Below, piece after piece: positions 50,241-63,120 of a stretch of 64,000 bases of DNA. Below the pieces are notes generated by a model. It did not search any database and had not been told where the DNA came from. It saw only the letters and a program-made list of their open reading frames with translations. Position 1 is the stretch's first letter; each line of letters begins with the position of its first letter. Both the position numbers and the translations under genes were made by a program. This DNA is from Octopus sinensis (taxonomy: Eukaryota), in NCBI RefSeq assembly GCF_006345805.1, contig NC_042999.1, forward strand, positions 73,966,001-74,030,000, given 5' to 3'.

Positions 50241-51085
50241 ATTGAGGGGGTACCCAAAAGTAACTGGAAACATTCTTTGTGGGACAAGCCCATTGTAGTT
50301 TAGGCTTCTACCACTAGAAGCCACTTGATTCGACCCTCAGGCATCAGTCTATTTCTTTACTATCCACAAGGGGCTAAACACAGAGAGGACAAACCAGGAC
50401 AGACACACAGATTAAGTCGATTATATCGACCCCAGTGCGTAACTGGTACTTATTTAATCGACCCCGAAAGGATGAAAGGCAAAGTCGACCTTGGTGGAAT
50501 TTGAACTCAGAACGTAACGCCAGATGAAATGCTGCTAAGCATTTCGCCCGGTGTGCTAACGTTTCTGCCAGCTCGCCTCAGGCATCAGTCTACTGACCAG
50601 CATTGTATGGTAGGGTCATACTGCCATGTGGTGTGTCTTTGTTTCACAGTGCTTCTTCCCTCTTAGTCAATTTTTGCGATGGCTGAAACGAAGGAATAAT
50701 GTTCTTCTGTGAAATTGTTTTCTGTTGGGGAAAATGGTGGCCAAAACAGTTGGTTATGCTTCAGACAGCTTACAAGGCCACTGCCATGAGCAAAACACAA
50801 GTTTATAAGTGGCTTTCATACTTTAGGAATGGTCACTTGTTGCTTGAGGACCAACCTTGTTCAGGGCAACCATCAACCTCCTGAATGAATGAAAACATAA
50901 AAATTCATGAACTGATCTTGGAAGAACATAACTGAACAATTGATGAACTTGTTGATATGACTGGTGTGTTCTGGAGCTCCTACCAATGAATTTTGAGCAA
51001 GGAATTGCAAGTGAAAAGAGTTGCAGCAAAACTTGTGCCTTGCTTGCTCAAAGAAGCTCAAAAGCAATCAAGACTGAATGCATGT
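50241..51085 (+). mobile_element. Mariner 5' fragment (same family as 21436-22856) with nested SINE
   Basis: GAGGGGGTACCCAAAAG start; 'LQTAYKATAMSKTQVYKWLSYFRNG..LEDQPCSG'. Confidence 0.85.
50352..50575 (-). mobile_element. Family-A tRNA-derived SINE with perfect 17-bp TSD
   Basis: CCTCAGGCATCAGTCTA at 50335-50351 and 50576-50592. Confidence 0.9.
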
Positions 51086-51395
51086 TGCCATCACTAGTGA
51101 TCATTCCAAACACCATGATGTTGACTGGGGTTTGATTTTTATAACTTTCCTTAGATTGACTCTCTTCAGATTGATACCCAAACACTCTAAAATGTTCATA
51201 TTGAAGCTTCTGGCGTGAAGGCCAAGTGGTACAGCATGTCTTTTCCAAATTCTGGCAGAGTGAATGGTGTCATGGCATTGTTTTTCTCACAAACTGTGCC
51301 CAACTGACCCTACAATACTGTGTAGTCAACAAAATCGAATATAAATAATGCACATTTGGAAATTGAAAATATAAAATGGTGACAATTTACCTATC
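51086..51395 (-). mobile_element. Tc1-like remnant
   Basis: TIR-like CAGGGTGTGATAGGTAAATTGTCACC; 'TPVNIMVFGMITSDG'. Confidence 0.6.
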
Positions 51396-51689
51396 ACACC
51401 CTGTGTATATATATATATATGTATTTGTATGCTTTTCTACTCTAAGCACAAGGCCTAAAATTTATGGGGGAGGGACCAGTCGATTAGATCAACATTAGTA
51501 CGTAACTGAAAGGATGAAAAGCAAAGTTGACCTCAGTTGAATTTGAACTCAGAATGTAAAGACAGATGAAATACTACTAAGCATTTTGCTCAGCATGTTA
51601 ACATTTCTGCCAGCTCGTCCCCTTCAATATGTATATATAAATATGTGTGTGTATGTGTGCATGTATATATATGTGCGTCTGTGTGTGTG

Positions 51690-51691
51690 TG

Positions 51692-51733
<42 letters not shown>

Positions 51734-52010
51734 TATATATATAGTATATATATATATCTATATATATTATATATATATGTATATATATATATATAGATAT
51801 ATATAGATAGATATATATATATATATATATATTATATATGTATTTTATATAGATATATATATATATATATATATATATGTATTTATATATATATATATAT
51901 ATAGTATATATATATATATATATATCTATATATATATGTATTTATATATATATATATTATAGATATATATATATATATGTATTTATATATAATATATATA
52001 TATATGTATT

Positions 52011-52044
<34 letters not shown>

Positions 52045-52250
52045 ATTTATTATATATATATATATATATATGTATTTATATATAATATATATATATATAG
52101 TATTTATATATATATATATATATATATATGTATTGTATATATATATATATATATATAGGTATATATATATATATGTATTATATATATATGTATTGATATA
52201 TATATATATATTATATATATATATTATATATATAGATATATATATATATA

Positions 52251-52288
<38 letters not shown>

Positions 52289-52403
52289 GGTATATATATA
52301 TATATGTATTTATATATATATATATATATATATATAGATATATATATATGTATATATATATAGGTATTTATATATATATTATATATATATATATGTATAT
52401 CTA

Positions 52404-52464
<61 letters not shown>

Positions 52465-52599
52465 TTATATATATATGTATGTATATATATATATATATAG
52501 ATATATATATAGTATATATATATATATTATATATAGATATATATATATATATATATATATGTATTTATATATATATATATATGTATATATATATGTATT

Positions 52600-52638
<39 letters not shown>

Positions 52639-52679
52639 TATATATATATATATAGATATATATGTATATAATATATATG

Positions 52680-52761
<82 letters not shown>

Positions 52762-52809
52762 TATATATATATATATATATATAGATATATATATATATAT
52801 ATATATATA

Positions 52810-52880
<71 letters not shown>

Positions 52881-53028
52881 TTATATATATATAGAGATAT
52901 ATATATATATATATATGTATTTATATATGATATATATATATATTATATATATATATATATGTATTTATCTATATATATATATATATAATATAATATATAT
53001 ATGTATTTATATATATATATTATATATA

Positions 53029-53120
<92 letters not shown>
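51690..53120. repeat. ~1.4-kb degenerate (TA)n array
   Basis: Direct inspection; recurrent GTATTTATA and TAGATA interruptions. Confidence 0.97.
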
Positions 53121-53122
<2 letters not shown>

Positions 53123-53195
53123 CAAAGTTGTAAGGTATCACATGAGTGGAATTATATACGAAAGGTTTGAAAATGCAATTTTAAAAGATGTTTAT

Positions 53196-53242
53196 CCACT
53201 TGACCGGTTTCACTTTTTTTAGAAAAAGATTGTCAAAAGTAA
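53196..53242 (-). ncRNA. Minimal type I hammerhead, U3:A8 variant, in a PLE-end remnant
   Basis: TTACTT-TTGACAA-T CTTTTT CTAA AAAAAG T-GAAA-CCGG-TC-AAGTGG. The first helix II pair is a U-U mismatch. Confidence 0.65.
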
Positions 53243-54647
53243 CATGTCATGGTTTTGTTGTGTTAGGTACTGGTTGTTACAAAATATTACAATACATATA
53301 TACATTCTTTGATAATAATAAGAACATGTTAAAAACAGTTTACAAGGAAAAATCTTGGGAAAATATTAAAAAGTCCATTAAAATATTAGGCACAAAAAAT
53401 TACAATACATATATACATTATTTGATAATAATAAGAAAACGTTGAAAACAGTTTACAGAAAAAATTATTAAAAAGTTCATAGAGAATATTGGGATTTCAT
53501 TAGAGATCATGTTTGTTTGGAAGTATCTATATATATACACAGAAAATTATAAGTTCAAAAAGGTTATATTTTGGTAGTATATATATGTGTGTGCGCACAC
53601 ACAACACACACACACACACACACACACAGATATGTATAGATCAAACAAACTCCGGTGAAGCTGGTGTTGGTCTGTGTTGGCCAGACTTATATTATGTAGT
53701 AAAACTGATAAAATAGTGCTGTGAGAAGTGAAATAGCCAATGTTTTGAACAGAATCTTTCTTCAGGGAAAAGTTGAAAAGAGAGAAACTAATGAGAAACA
53801 ACAGAGTTTTACATCCTCCTTCTCCACATCATTATTTAAAGTCTGTCTCCCATTATGGCATGAGTTGAATAGTTCGACAGGATCCAATGAGCTGGAAGAC
53901 TGAGTTGAGCTACATGGTTTGCTTTGGCAAAGTTTCTATGGCTGGATGCCAACTACTTTATAGAGTGCATAGGGTGCTTTTTGCCTGACACTGATGCCTG
54001 TGACATCAAGTAATTTACAAAACAAAGTAAAAAGAGACCTCTCAACTGAATGGGTTATAGCAGAGGTGGGTGGCAGCTTTCTGTCAGGTGTTGAGAGGTT
54101 AAGTGTGATAGGATAGGAATGGGTGTCTTGTTATAGAAGAGATACATGACTACCTTGCATCATAAAGGAGTAGGTGGGAGTAGCTAGAAAGAAAACAAAG
54201 ACATTGGTAGTGAAGTGTCAGAAAGTACAAGAAGGTGAATATAAGAGAGTGTATGGGGGAAGTGAGTAGTAAGTTCATAAAAATGTGAGAGGAGATTAAA
54301 GATGAGGCTAGAGGTTAATGTGAATGATATACAAGGGTGAAGTTGTGATTAATGGTAGATATTAGTATGGAGGAGAATGTAAAAGAAATACATATCGAAG
54401 GAGGTGGTAATAAGTGACAGAATGGTAATAGGGGAAAAGTGGAGAGCAGTTGTATAATAAACCTGCAAATAGATAAAAATAATACAAGGGTGGGAGGAGA
54501 AATAGAAATGTATAGGATCAGAGATGAAAGTCTGGGGTATGTAATGGTAGCTATGGTGAGTGGAGGACAAAGATGGAATGGGAGGCTTCAATGGAAGATA
54601 TGAGAGGATATTAAAGCTGGGATATGGTAGTCTGAAGATGTAGTTCA

Positions 54648-54759
<112 letters not shown>

Positions 54760-55208
54760 GAGGAATAGTTATATAAATATACATTCATACTCACTCACAC
54801 ACACACACACACACACATATTATTATGTCTAGGGAGAGTCATTTCCTTTTTGTGAGAATTTAACACACTAATCGATTTCCACTCATTTACTTATTTATTT
54901 TCACTAAAATTTTCGTTGCAACTTGCAACATTTTCAATAGACGTTGACTCTACTATTGAAATTGTGTTCTTCAACACACAAATTCACATAAAGAACCTTG
55001 CAAACCAAATACAAAAACGAAATATATATATATGTTCTTTATTCTTTTACTTGTTTCAGTCATTTTTGACTGTGGCCTTGCTGAAGCACCACCTTTTAGG
55101 GTTTTAGTCAAACAAGTCAACCCCAGGTCTTATTTCTTAAGCCTACTACTTATTCTATCAGTCCCTTTTATTGAACCACTAAGTTACAAGGATGTAGACA
55201 CCAACACT

Positions 55209-56315
55209 GGTGTGAACCGGCTCCACGCAACCATCGAATACAGAGCTCACCCAAGTGCCAACCAAGCACCAGCGACTCCTTGCGGACCGCCTCCTCAACT
55301 GCATCAGTGGGCCACCATCTCCTTCAACTGCGTTGCCGTATCGGCAGAACTGGCCCCACCACTGGTTCGCCATCTGGCACGATTCCTCGATTTGCCTTCT
55401 ACAAATCGCCTGTGCCACTTCCAAAAGATCGGCCGACCCAGCCAGCGCCCTGCCAGCTTCTGCTTCTACTAGGGTCCACCCGACCCTCAATTGAGCTTTT
55501 ACTATGCACTGCCTGTCGGGCTCCACTGGCCCCAGGCAGCCATCAACCACAAAGCTCACCCAACGCTGAAGCAGTCTTCCTGGCCTTGGTGGACCCACCA
55601 CCGTTCGTAGCCGTCTCGCCTCGTCAATGGGCTTGGTCCTCTTCCTCACCAGCTTCCGCACCGCAGGCCTCACAACACGCACGCTCGGCCGCCAGTCCAT
55701 CCACGCCTGTGGCCTCCCCACAGTGGGAACCATACAGTCCTTCTGGGCCCCAAGAGACAGGGGCCCAGACACCAAAGGACCCGCACACGGCATAACACCT
55801 GCCGCGACCATTACACACAGAGCCGGAACCTCGGATTTAGCGATATCCGCTCCCGACTTCGCCAGCTCTTCGTCCCAAGCTCCGAGAGACAGGGGTCGAG
55901 ATGCCAAGGGCTCCAGACACGGAACAACAGCATCAGCCATAACACCTTCAACAGGCCTTTCAGATTCCTTAACCTCTACGGATTCCAAATCACAAGATTT
56001 CTTGGGTACAGCATCACAAATTTCGGCAACCAACCCAGGTTCCGCAACACTTCCTTCACTATCTGTTTCACTCGATGCTTCGTTCGACGGGCCATCTATG
56101 CCTACAAGACCGTCGCTATCCCCGGTCCAACACCGATCCTCCAAAGCTGACCCATCCGCAACCTCAAGCTCCTGCTGATCTGCCCACAGGCCCTGTCGCC
56201 TCTTGTCCATTCTTTCTAAGAATGCGTCTGTCTGCGCCATCTGGCCCCTCAACATCTCTACAATCAGGGCAAGCGAAATCTCCTCGTCTCCGGTTTGACA
56301 ACCAGACAAATCCAT
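55209..56315 (-). CDS. Orphan ORF inside the LTR element (~370 codons, no recognised domain)
   Basis: ATG 36 nt after the PBS, 'MDLSGCQTGDEEISLALIVEMLRGQMAQ...'. No stop up to the element break at ~55209; GC-rich relative to the flanks. Confidence 0.5.
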
Positions 56316-56350
56316 AGCGAAAAAGCCGATCGAAACGCAGCAATCAGAAC

Positions 56351-56369
56351 AATCCCACTTCTGACACCA
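56351..56369 (-). promoter_or_regulatory. Primer binding site complementary to tRNA-Leu 3' end
   Basis: Plus strand AATCCCACTTCTGACACCA equals the 3' end (with CCA) of eukaryotic tRNA-Leu(CAA/CAG type), as recalled. Confidence 0.85.
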
Positions 56370-56371
56370 GT

Positions 56372-57475
56372 TGTTACGAGGGTGGGACCTCCAATTCGAA
56401 CTGTTACGGAAATCCTCACACAGGCCCGTTCGATGCAGCGAATAAGCTATGGAAACTCGTCGGAGAGAGGAGAGAGAGGAGATATACACAACAACAACAA
56501 CAGCAGCAGCCCAGAGGCAATCGAGAGAGACGCAATGAGGCAAGGCACAACTGGCAACAGCTACTGGCTTACATTTAACAACAGTTTATATGACAATCAA
56601 TTGTTACAACATCAAGATACATCAACGCATTTAAGGGAAACAACAAATCAATACATCATACAACAGATCAAAGCATTTAAACATGCATGTAACAATATAA
56701 CAGTGTTCATACACAAACAAGTTCAGATCAAATAATGTTCACGATATGTCACAGTCCAATCAGAACACTTCGATACATTATACAATGTTCGTATCACAAC
56801 AATTCACGTTACAATTAAAAGTTCATTATCGTCTACATCAGAGTCCTTCTTTTTCTCTCTTCTTTCTCTTCTTTTCTTTTACATCATAACACGTATCAAT
56901 ACATAATCAAATACCTTAATTCCTAACTGAACAGCCAGTGTCCCATCCTGCACTCCATCTCTCTCTCAATACTGCTAACTCCAGCTCGCCAAGCTCTCGC
57001 ATCCCAATCGCTTGCTCCTAAAATTCCAACTCCCTATCCTGACTTCCAAGATCCGCCTGTGCTCCTCGACGACCGAATACCAACTACCCAAAACCTCACT
57101 TGCTCTCTCCCTTCCCACTGCCCTCATCTCCATCTGTCTCTACTGCTTATACCTTCTCTATCTGCCCTGGTCCCTAACTGCCTGTCCTCCTCTGCCCCTC
57201 ATCCTCTCTCACTGCCAATATCCTCTCCATCTGCTCTTAGATTCCTTACTCTATCTTTTTCCTCAATCTGTCCCTTAGCCTTATACTCTACCTCTCTCAC
57301 TACTTTTCTTCCTCTTCTTCAAGGGGTGTCTAGGACGACCGCACAAGGCCACAGGTCCCTCCAAAGGCCCATTAATCTCCCAGTAAACAAAGGGCTGTCT
57401 CTTTTCTTCCAGACATGCCGGCGCCACACCCAAAAGTGGGTCACCAAGAAATACTGCACTAGCCAAACCGTAACA
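56372..57475 (-). mobile_element. LTR (1104 bp) of a Gypsy-type element
   Basis: Termini TGTTACG...CGTAACA (7-bp inverted repeat), followed after 2 nt by the PBS. No second LTR in the window. Confidence 0.85.
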
Positions 57476-57486
57476 ACATATATATT

Positions 57487-57524
<38 letters not shown>

Positions 57525-57529
57525 GTGGT

Positions 57530-59970
57530 AGAACAATGTTGTTGACTGGGCTATTAGAGAAAAGAAACAGGCTTGGAAGGACTGGAAGAACGGTGGTAGC
57601 AGGGAATTGTATCAGACTGCCAGAAGGGAAGCTAGGAGACAGGTTTATTTAGCCAGAGGGGAAGCAGATAAGAAAAAATTTGCCAATGTTCTGCACCGTG
57701 AAGACCAATGACTTGAGGCATTTTGTGTTGCAAGACAGTGTGTGAGAGAGAATCGTGATGTCGTAGGAGAGAAACATGTCCGCATGGATGATGGTTCACT
57801 TGCATTAAGCGAGGCTGCAAAGACAGAGGTTTAGAGACACCACTATGAAAGGTTGCTCAATAAAGAGAATGAATGGAAAAAAGAGAGTCTACCGAATGTC
57901 AACCCTACAGAGGGACCAGCTATCCGAATTGACAGTACTTTGGTAGATAAAGCAATTAAGAGTATGAAGACAGGAAAAGTCCCTGGCCCGTCAGGAATCA
58001 CTGCAGGGATACTCAAAATATCTGGCAGTGTTGGCTATAGCCTAGTCACCTGTATAGTTAACCAGGTGATACACGAAGGAGCCATACAAAATGACTGGTG
58101 TAGCAGCATAATAGTCAACTGCTACAAAGGCAAAGGTGACGCCCTAGATACAAATAACTACAGAGGTATCAAGTTGTTGGATCAGGTAACGAAGGGAGAG
58201 AGTCAGTTTAGATGAGATGCAGTTTGGGTTCGTGCCAGGGAAAAGCACCACTGATGCGATATTTCTGGTAAGATAGCTGCAGGAGAAATACCTAATCAAA
58301 GATAAACCTCTGTCCCTGGCTTTCGTTGACATGGAGAAAGCCTTTGACAGGATCCCCCGATCCCTTATCTAGTGGTCAATGAGGAAACTAGGGATAGATG
58401 AATGGTTAGTGAGAGCTGTGCAAGCCATATACAGGGATGCTGTTAGTAAGGTGAGGGCTGGCAACATGTATAGTGAAAAATTCCGGGTAGAGGTAGTGGT
58501 CCACCAAGGTTCAGTCCTCAGCCCCCTCCTATTTAGGATAGTCCTGCAGGCAATAACAGAGGAATTCAAGACAGGATGCCCCTGGGAGCTCCTGTATGCT
58601 GATGACCTTGCTCTAATTGTTGAGTCACTATCAGAACTAGAGGAGAAGTTTCAAGTGTGGAAGCAAGGATTAGAATGAAGAGCCTTAGAGTCAACCTAGC
58701 TAAACCAAAGTCCTAATAAGTATGAAGGCAGACAAACCACAAATCCCTTCAGGTAGATGGCCCTGCTTGATCTGTAGAAAAGGTGTAGGTAGAAACTCTA
58801 TAATATGTACCCAGTGTAAGCTATGGACACATAAGAGGTGCAGCAATATCAAAGGAAGGCTAACTGGGAAGATAGTTTTTGTATGTGGCAGATGCTCAGG
58901 AGCAATTAACACTGAAAATGTGCAGAGAACAACTTTCGCCACATTCCAGGGAGAAAAACCAGAAGTAGTTGATAGCTTCCATTACCTAGGTGACCAAGAC
59001 AGTAGTGGAGGAGGGTGTGCTGAAAGTGTAGCTGCTAGAATAAGAATAGCCAGGGCAAATTTCAGAGAGCTCTTATCTGCTGGTGACAAAGGGCCTCTCA
59101 CTCAGAGTAAAAGGTAGACTGTATAATGTATGTGTAAGAACAGCCATATTACATGGCAGTGAAACATGGGCAGTGACTGCTGAGGACATGTGTAAAATCG
59201 CAAGGAATGAAGCCAGTATTCTCCGCTGGATGTGTAATGTCAGCGTGCATACTTGATACTTGTGTAAGTACCTTGAGAGAAAAGTTCGACCTAAGAAGCA
59301 TCAGATGTGGTGTGCAAGAGAGATGACTGTGCTGGTATGGCCATGTGGCAAGAATGGATGTGGATAGCTGTGTGAAAAAGTGTCACACCCTAACAGTTAA
59401 GTAACCCGTGGGAGAGGTAGACCCAGGAAGACCTGGGATGTGGTGCTTAAGCATGACCTTTGAACATTGGGCCTCACCAAGGCAATGACTAATGACTGGG
59501 ACCTTTGGAAATATGTTGTTCTTGAGAAGACTCGGTACACCAAGTGAGACCATAACCTCGTAGCCTATGCCAAGGGTGTAACCATCCTACTTATGTGTAC
59601 CTTTCCTTCATTGGACACTAAACTTTGTTTGCGAAGACCTGTTGAGGCAAGTGAAATCGAAATTGAAATCAAATTCGATGACTGGCATCTGTTCTAGTGC
59701 ACCATTCTAAGAGCACCATCTGAGCGTGATCTTTGCCGGAGCAACAAACTGGCTTTCATGCCAGTGGCACATAAAAAGCACCATTTGAGTGTGATCGTTA
59801 CCTGCGTCGCCTTACTGGCACTTGTGCTGGTGGCATGTGAAAAAACATTTGTGGTCGTTGCCAGTAGTGCCTAACTGGCCTTCATGCCAGTGGCACATAA
59901 AAGCACCCACTACACTCTCGGAGTGGTTGGCGTTGATGATGATGATGATGATGATGATGTGATGATGATG
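57530..59970 (+). mobile_element. RTE LINE, longest copy (RT, PHD finger, 3' UTR repeats, (GAT)n tail)
   Basis: 'YKGKGDALDTNNYRGIKLL', 'DMEKAFDR', 'HQGSVLSPLLF', 'LLYADDLAL', 'CLICRKGVGRNSIICTQCKLWTHKRC...CGRC'. Scattered stops. Confidence 0.92.
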
Positions 59971-60008
59971 TATATATATATATATATTATATATATATAT
60001 ATATATAT

Positions 60009-60062
<54 letters not shown>

Positions 60063-60631
60063 CAAGCACAGACACATACAGACACTCAAATTTGGTAGAA
60101 AAATAGACGTTAAAATGATGATGATGATAATGATATATCTCAATGCATGATCTGATCTCTTGTATTTTTTCAGAAAATTTGCTATTTTTTTGAAACAGCT
60201 CAGGGAGTTATGGTAATGCAGAATAAACAAAATCTCTGCTGTGACTTTGAGCTCCTGAAGCAGCCTAATAGTTGAACTTCTGAAAAATAACTCATTTTTT
60301 AAATTTCATTTCAACAAGAATGGGGAGAAAGGTAAAAATAATTTACTGCCTCCCCTCCATCTGCTCCCTGGCCTGTACCATTATAATGTGTACCAACAGA
60401 GTTTTCTGATACACTTGAACAACACACTCCTGTGCAGATGATTCATTTTCTTTAACTTTCTGCACACTGGTGTCATTCATTTACATCTTAGACCTCCCTC
60501 TTATACTAGAGTCATACTACTTTCGAGATCAGGGATCTTAAATATATTTTTCAATGGCCTTACAGCAATCTAGGTGACTTTATCAAGACAAACAAAATAC
60601 GATAAGAAAACTCATGAAGATATTTACTTAC

Positions 60632-60712
60632 TTGGCATGAGAATACTAGGGTATTCCAGTATATGGATGAGTACCACAAAGTCATCTTTCCGTTGTAGGT
60701 TATCAAGGTACC
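60632..60712 (-). CDS. USP-family gene, internal exon (first exon in window)
   Basis: Minus strand reads tttcctcttctttattcag|GG TAC CTT GAT...ATG CCA A|gtaagt and translates (W)YLDNLQRKDDFVVLIHILEYPSILMP. This matches the USP 'WY...D.VVL.H' segment. 81 nt, phase 1-1. Confidence 0.88.
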
Positions 60713-61123
60713 CTGAATAAAGAAGAGGAAACATTATCAGTTATCCACTAAGAATGTTATCACAGTTTTGTAGTTTTTGCATGGAAATAAGAATATGTAC
60801 CCAAATCTTAAAAGAGTTATTGAGATACCACTAAAGTTGGCAATATGGGCAGGATCCAGTCTGATTTGGCATGGTTTTCTACAGCTGGATACCTTTCCTA
60901 ACGCCAATCACTCTGAGAGTGTAATGGGTGCTGTTATGTGCAACCGGCATATACATACACATATATACATATGCATACACATACAGTCACATGCACACAT
61001 ATATACATATATTTACATACATTGGGCAGAGCATTTTTCTACTATAATTCTGGGATGACCAAAGACTTGTGAGTGGATTTAGTGGATGGAAAGTGAAAGC
61101 AGCCTGTCATATATTTATAAGTC

Positions 61124-61168
<45 letters not shown>

Positions 61169-61439
61169 ATGCTTGTGTCAACTTATCTTGACATCAGGTG
61201 ATTGGTGTAAATAATGTCATTCATTTCCAGCAATCTGTGAAAAGCATGTCTGGTTATAGGGAATTATTAACTTACATGGAAACAAGTAAGAGTTGGTGAC
61301 AGGAAGGGCATCCAGCTGTAGAAAATTTGCTTTTCTGAATTCTATCTGACCTATGTAAGGATGATGACGATGATGATGATGTAATTGTATATGTGTATTA
61401 TGTGTGCGTATGTATGTAAGTTGTCTCAAAGTCCATAAG

Positions 61440-62520
61440 TCAGGGAAAATGCACTCATATATCTGTCAATAGAGCGGATAAATTATCCAAAGTGTACAGT
61501 ATTATATATCCACCATCATCATCCTTCGATCAACCTATAGTTGGTTGGAACTCCATTGACAATCCTTTTCCACACTACACAGTCCTGCATTGCTGTGTTT
61601 AGATCTCTAATATCCAGCTCTGAGTCCTGGAAATGTCAGTTTCCTGGAGAAAATACTTCCAGAGGGATGCCATTGGAGCAGGGATGAAATAACCTCTTTC
61701 TCTGCTCGATGTCAGTGGCCAGCAAATTGTAGCCATTTCTGCTTTAGCTTGAGGAATATTGGTATCAGATTTCCATAGATGTTACTAAGTGTTGGGTGTG
61801 ATCTCCAACTGATATTCTGTATCTTTCTGAGCAAGTTGGTATATGTTCCAGCTAGTTGTATTCCTAAGAGAGCCAATAAGGTCCAGTTCTCTGATCCACA
61901 GAGAAGGACTGGCTCAATCAGTGTTCTAAATATGTTAACTTTTAATGTGGGTGGAAAGTTTGAGTGCCAGATCTTATCAAGTCTGTTACAAGCATCTCAA
62001 GCAAGAGCTTTGTGGATGCGAAAGTCCTTTTGGAAGTCTACTATGTGTGATCCAAGATATTTGAAATCATCAACGTTTTTGATTGATATATTATTGAGCG
62101 ATTTAAGTTCAGGTAACTTGGAGGGAGTTGTGATAAATTGTCTCATTCTCATTGCAGTAAAAGCCGATCTTGTTTGTTGCTTTCTCCAGTGCTTGTAACA
62201 AAAATTCTGCATCTTTAATACAATGGGATATCAAGGCAAGATCGTCAGCAAAGTCAAGATCAGTTAAATATTGTGCACAATACTGACTGCTCTGGCGGGG
62301 TTTCAAAAGGAGTCTCTTTTCCTCCAAAACATCTAGGGAAATGCATAGAACATAGTCGAGAACAATGATGAACAAGAAAGGAGCAAGTGTGTTACTCTGC
62401 AGAACACCTGCTTCAACTTCAAAGAAGTAAGAATTATATATCCACTACACATACCTGCCATGAACCATTGGGTCACAACCACTCCAAGTTGAAAATGTCA
62501 ATGTGCAGTGGGAAAAGAAC
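61440..62520 (-). mobile_element. RTE-clade LINE (second family) RT/C-terminal remnant
   Basis: 'GVLQSNTLAPFLFIIVLDYVL', 'LTDLDFADDLAL', 'DDFKYLGS'. Confidence 0.82.
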
Positions 62521-62529
62521 AAGTACTAT

Positions 62530-63120
62530 TTCTAACTTGTAATACAATTCTTAAATAATACAGTTCTCCTGCCTTTGGTGTGACAACATAAACATGACCA
62601 AGTGTTTCTTCTTTGAAAACGTTTAAATGGATCTTCAACTTTTTTTCCTTGCTTTCTTCTTTGCCATTCTTTGTTACTACTGTTCCGAGTGAAAATACAT
62701 GGGTACTTCAGCATAAAGTAATGCTTTTTGCAAAGTCCCCATTCTGTCAATGTCGTTCTCATGTGTTGTTTGTTGACAGCCATATATATCCTCGTTATTT
62801 CTGAGCAATATTCTCTGTTTATCTGGTAGATGAACTTGCAGGTGCTCTTTCATGAATTGAAAATCCTAAAATGGATGCAACTACATTTGATGGTCCAATA
62901 TACTCATCCATTAGATATTGACTAATTTCATTAATGTTTATTTGAACAGCAGCTTGGTCATTTCCTTTCAACATGTTCTTGATGACATGCGTAAATGATC
63001 TCCCTGAGGAAACGATTTCAGCATTGCAGTGACACTTGAATGTTCTTAAAAGAGTTTCATTATAAGGTACAACCCATTTGTTTGTTTTTCCATTCTTATG
63101 AGATTCAGCTCCTGCCATTG
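62530..63120 (-). mobile_element. Helitron RepHel fragment
   Basis: 'NKWVVPYNETLLRTFKCHCNAEI...KGNDQA..NEISQY...ILGFSIHERAP' matches the Helitron segment between Rep and helicase. Confidence 0.82.

Noticed and set aside
51877-53133. Long YI-rich ORFs (also 24037-24557, 36678-36957)
   Set aside because: These are translations of (TA)n/(GT)n microsatellites.
56316-56543. N-terminal 76 aa of the 454-aa track ORF
   Set aside because: It starts inside the LTR and crosses the PBS; the ATG at 56315 is the more plausible start.
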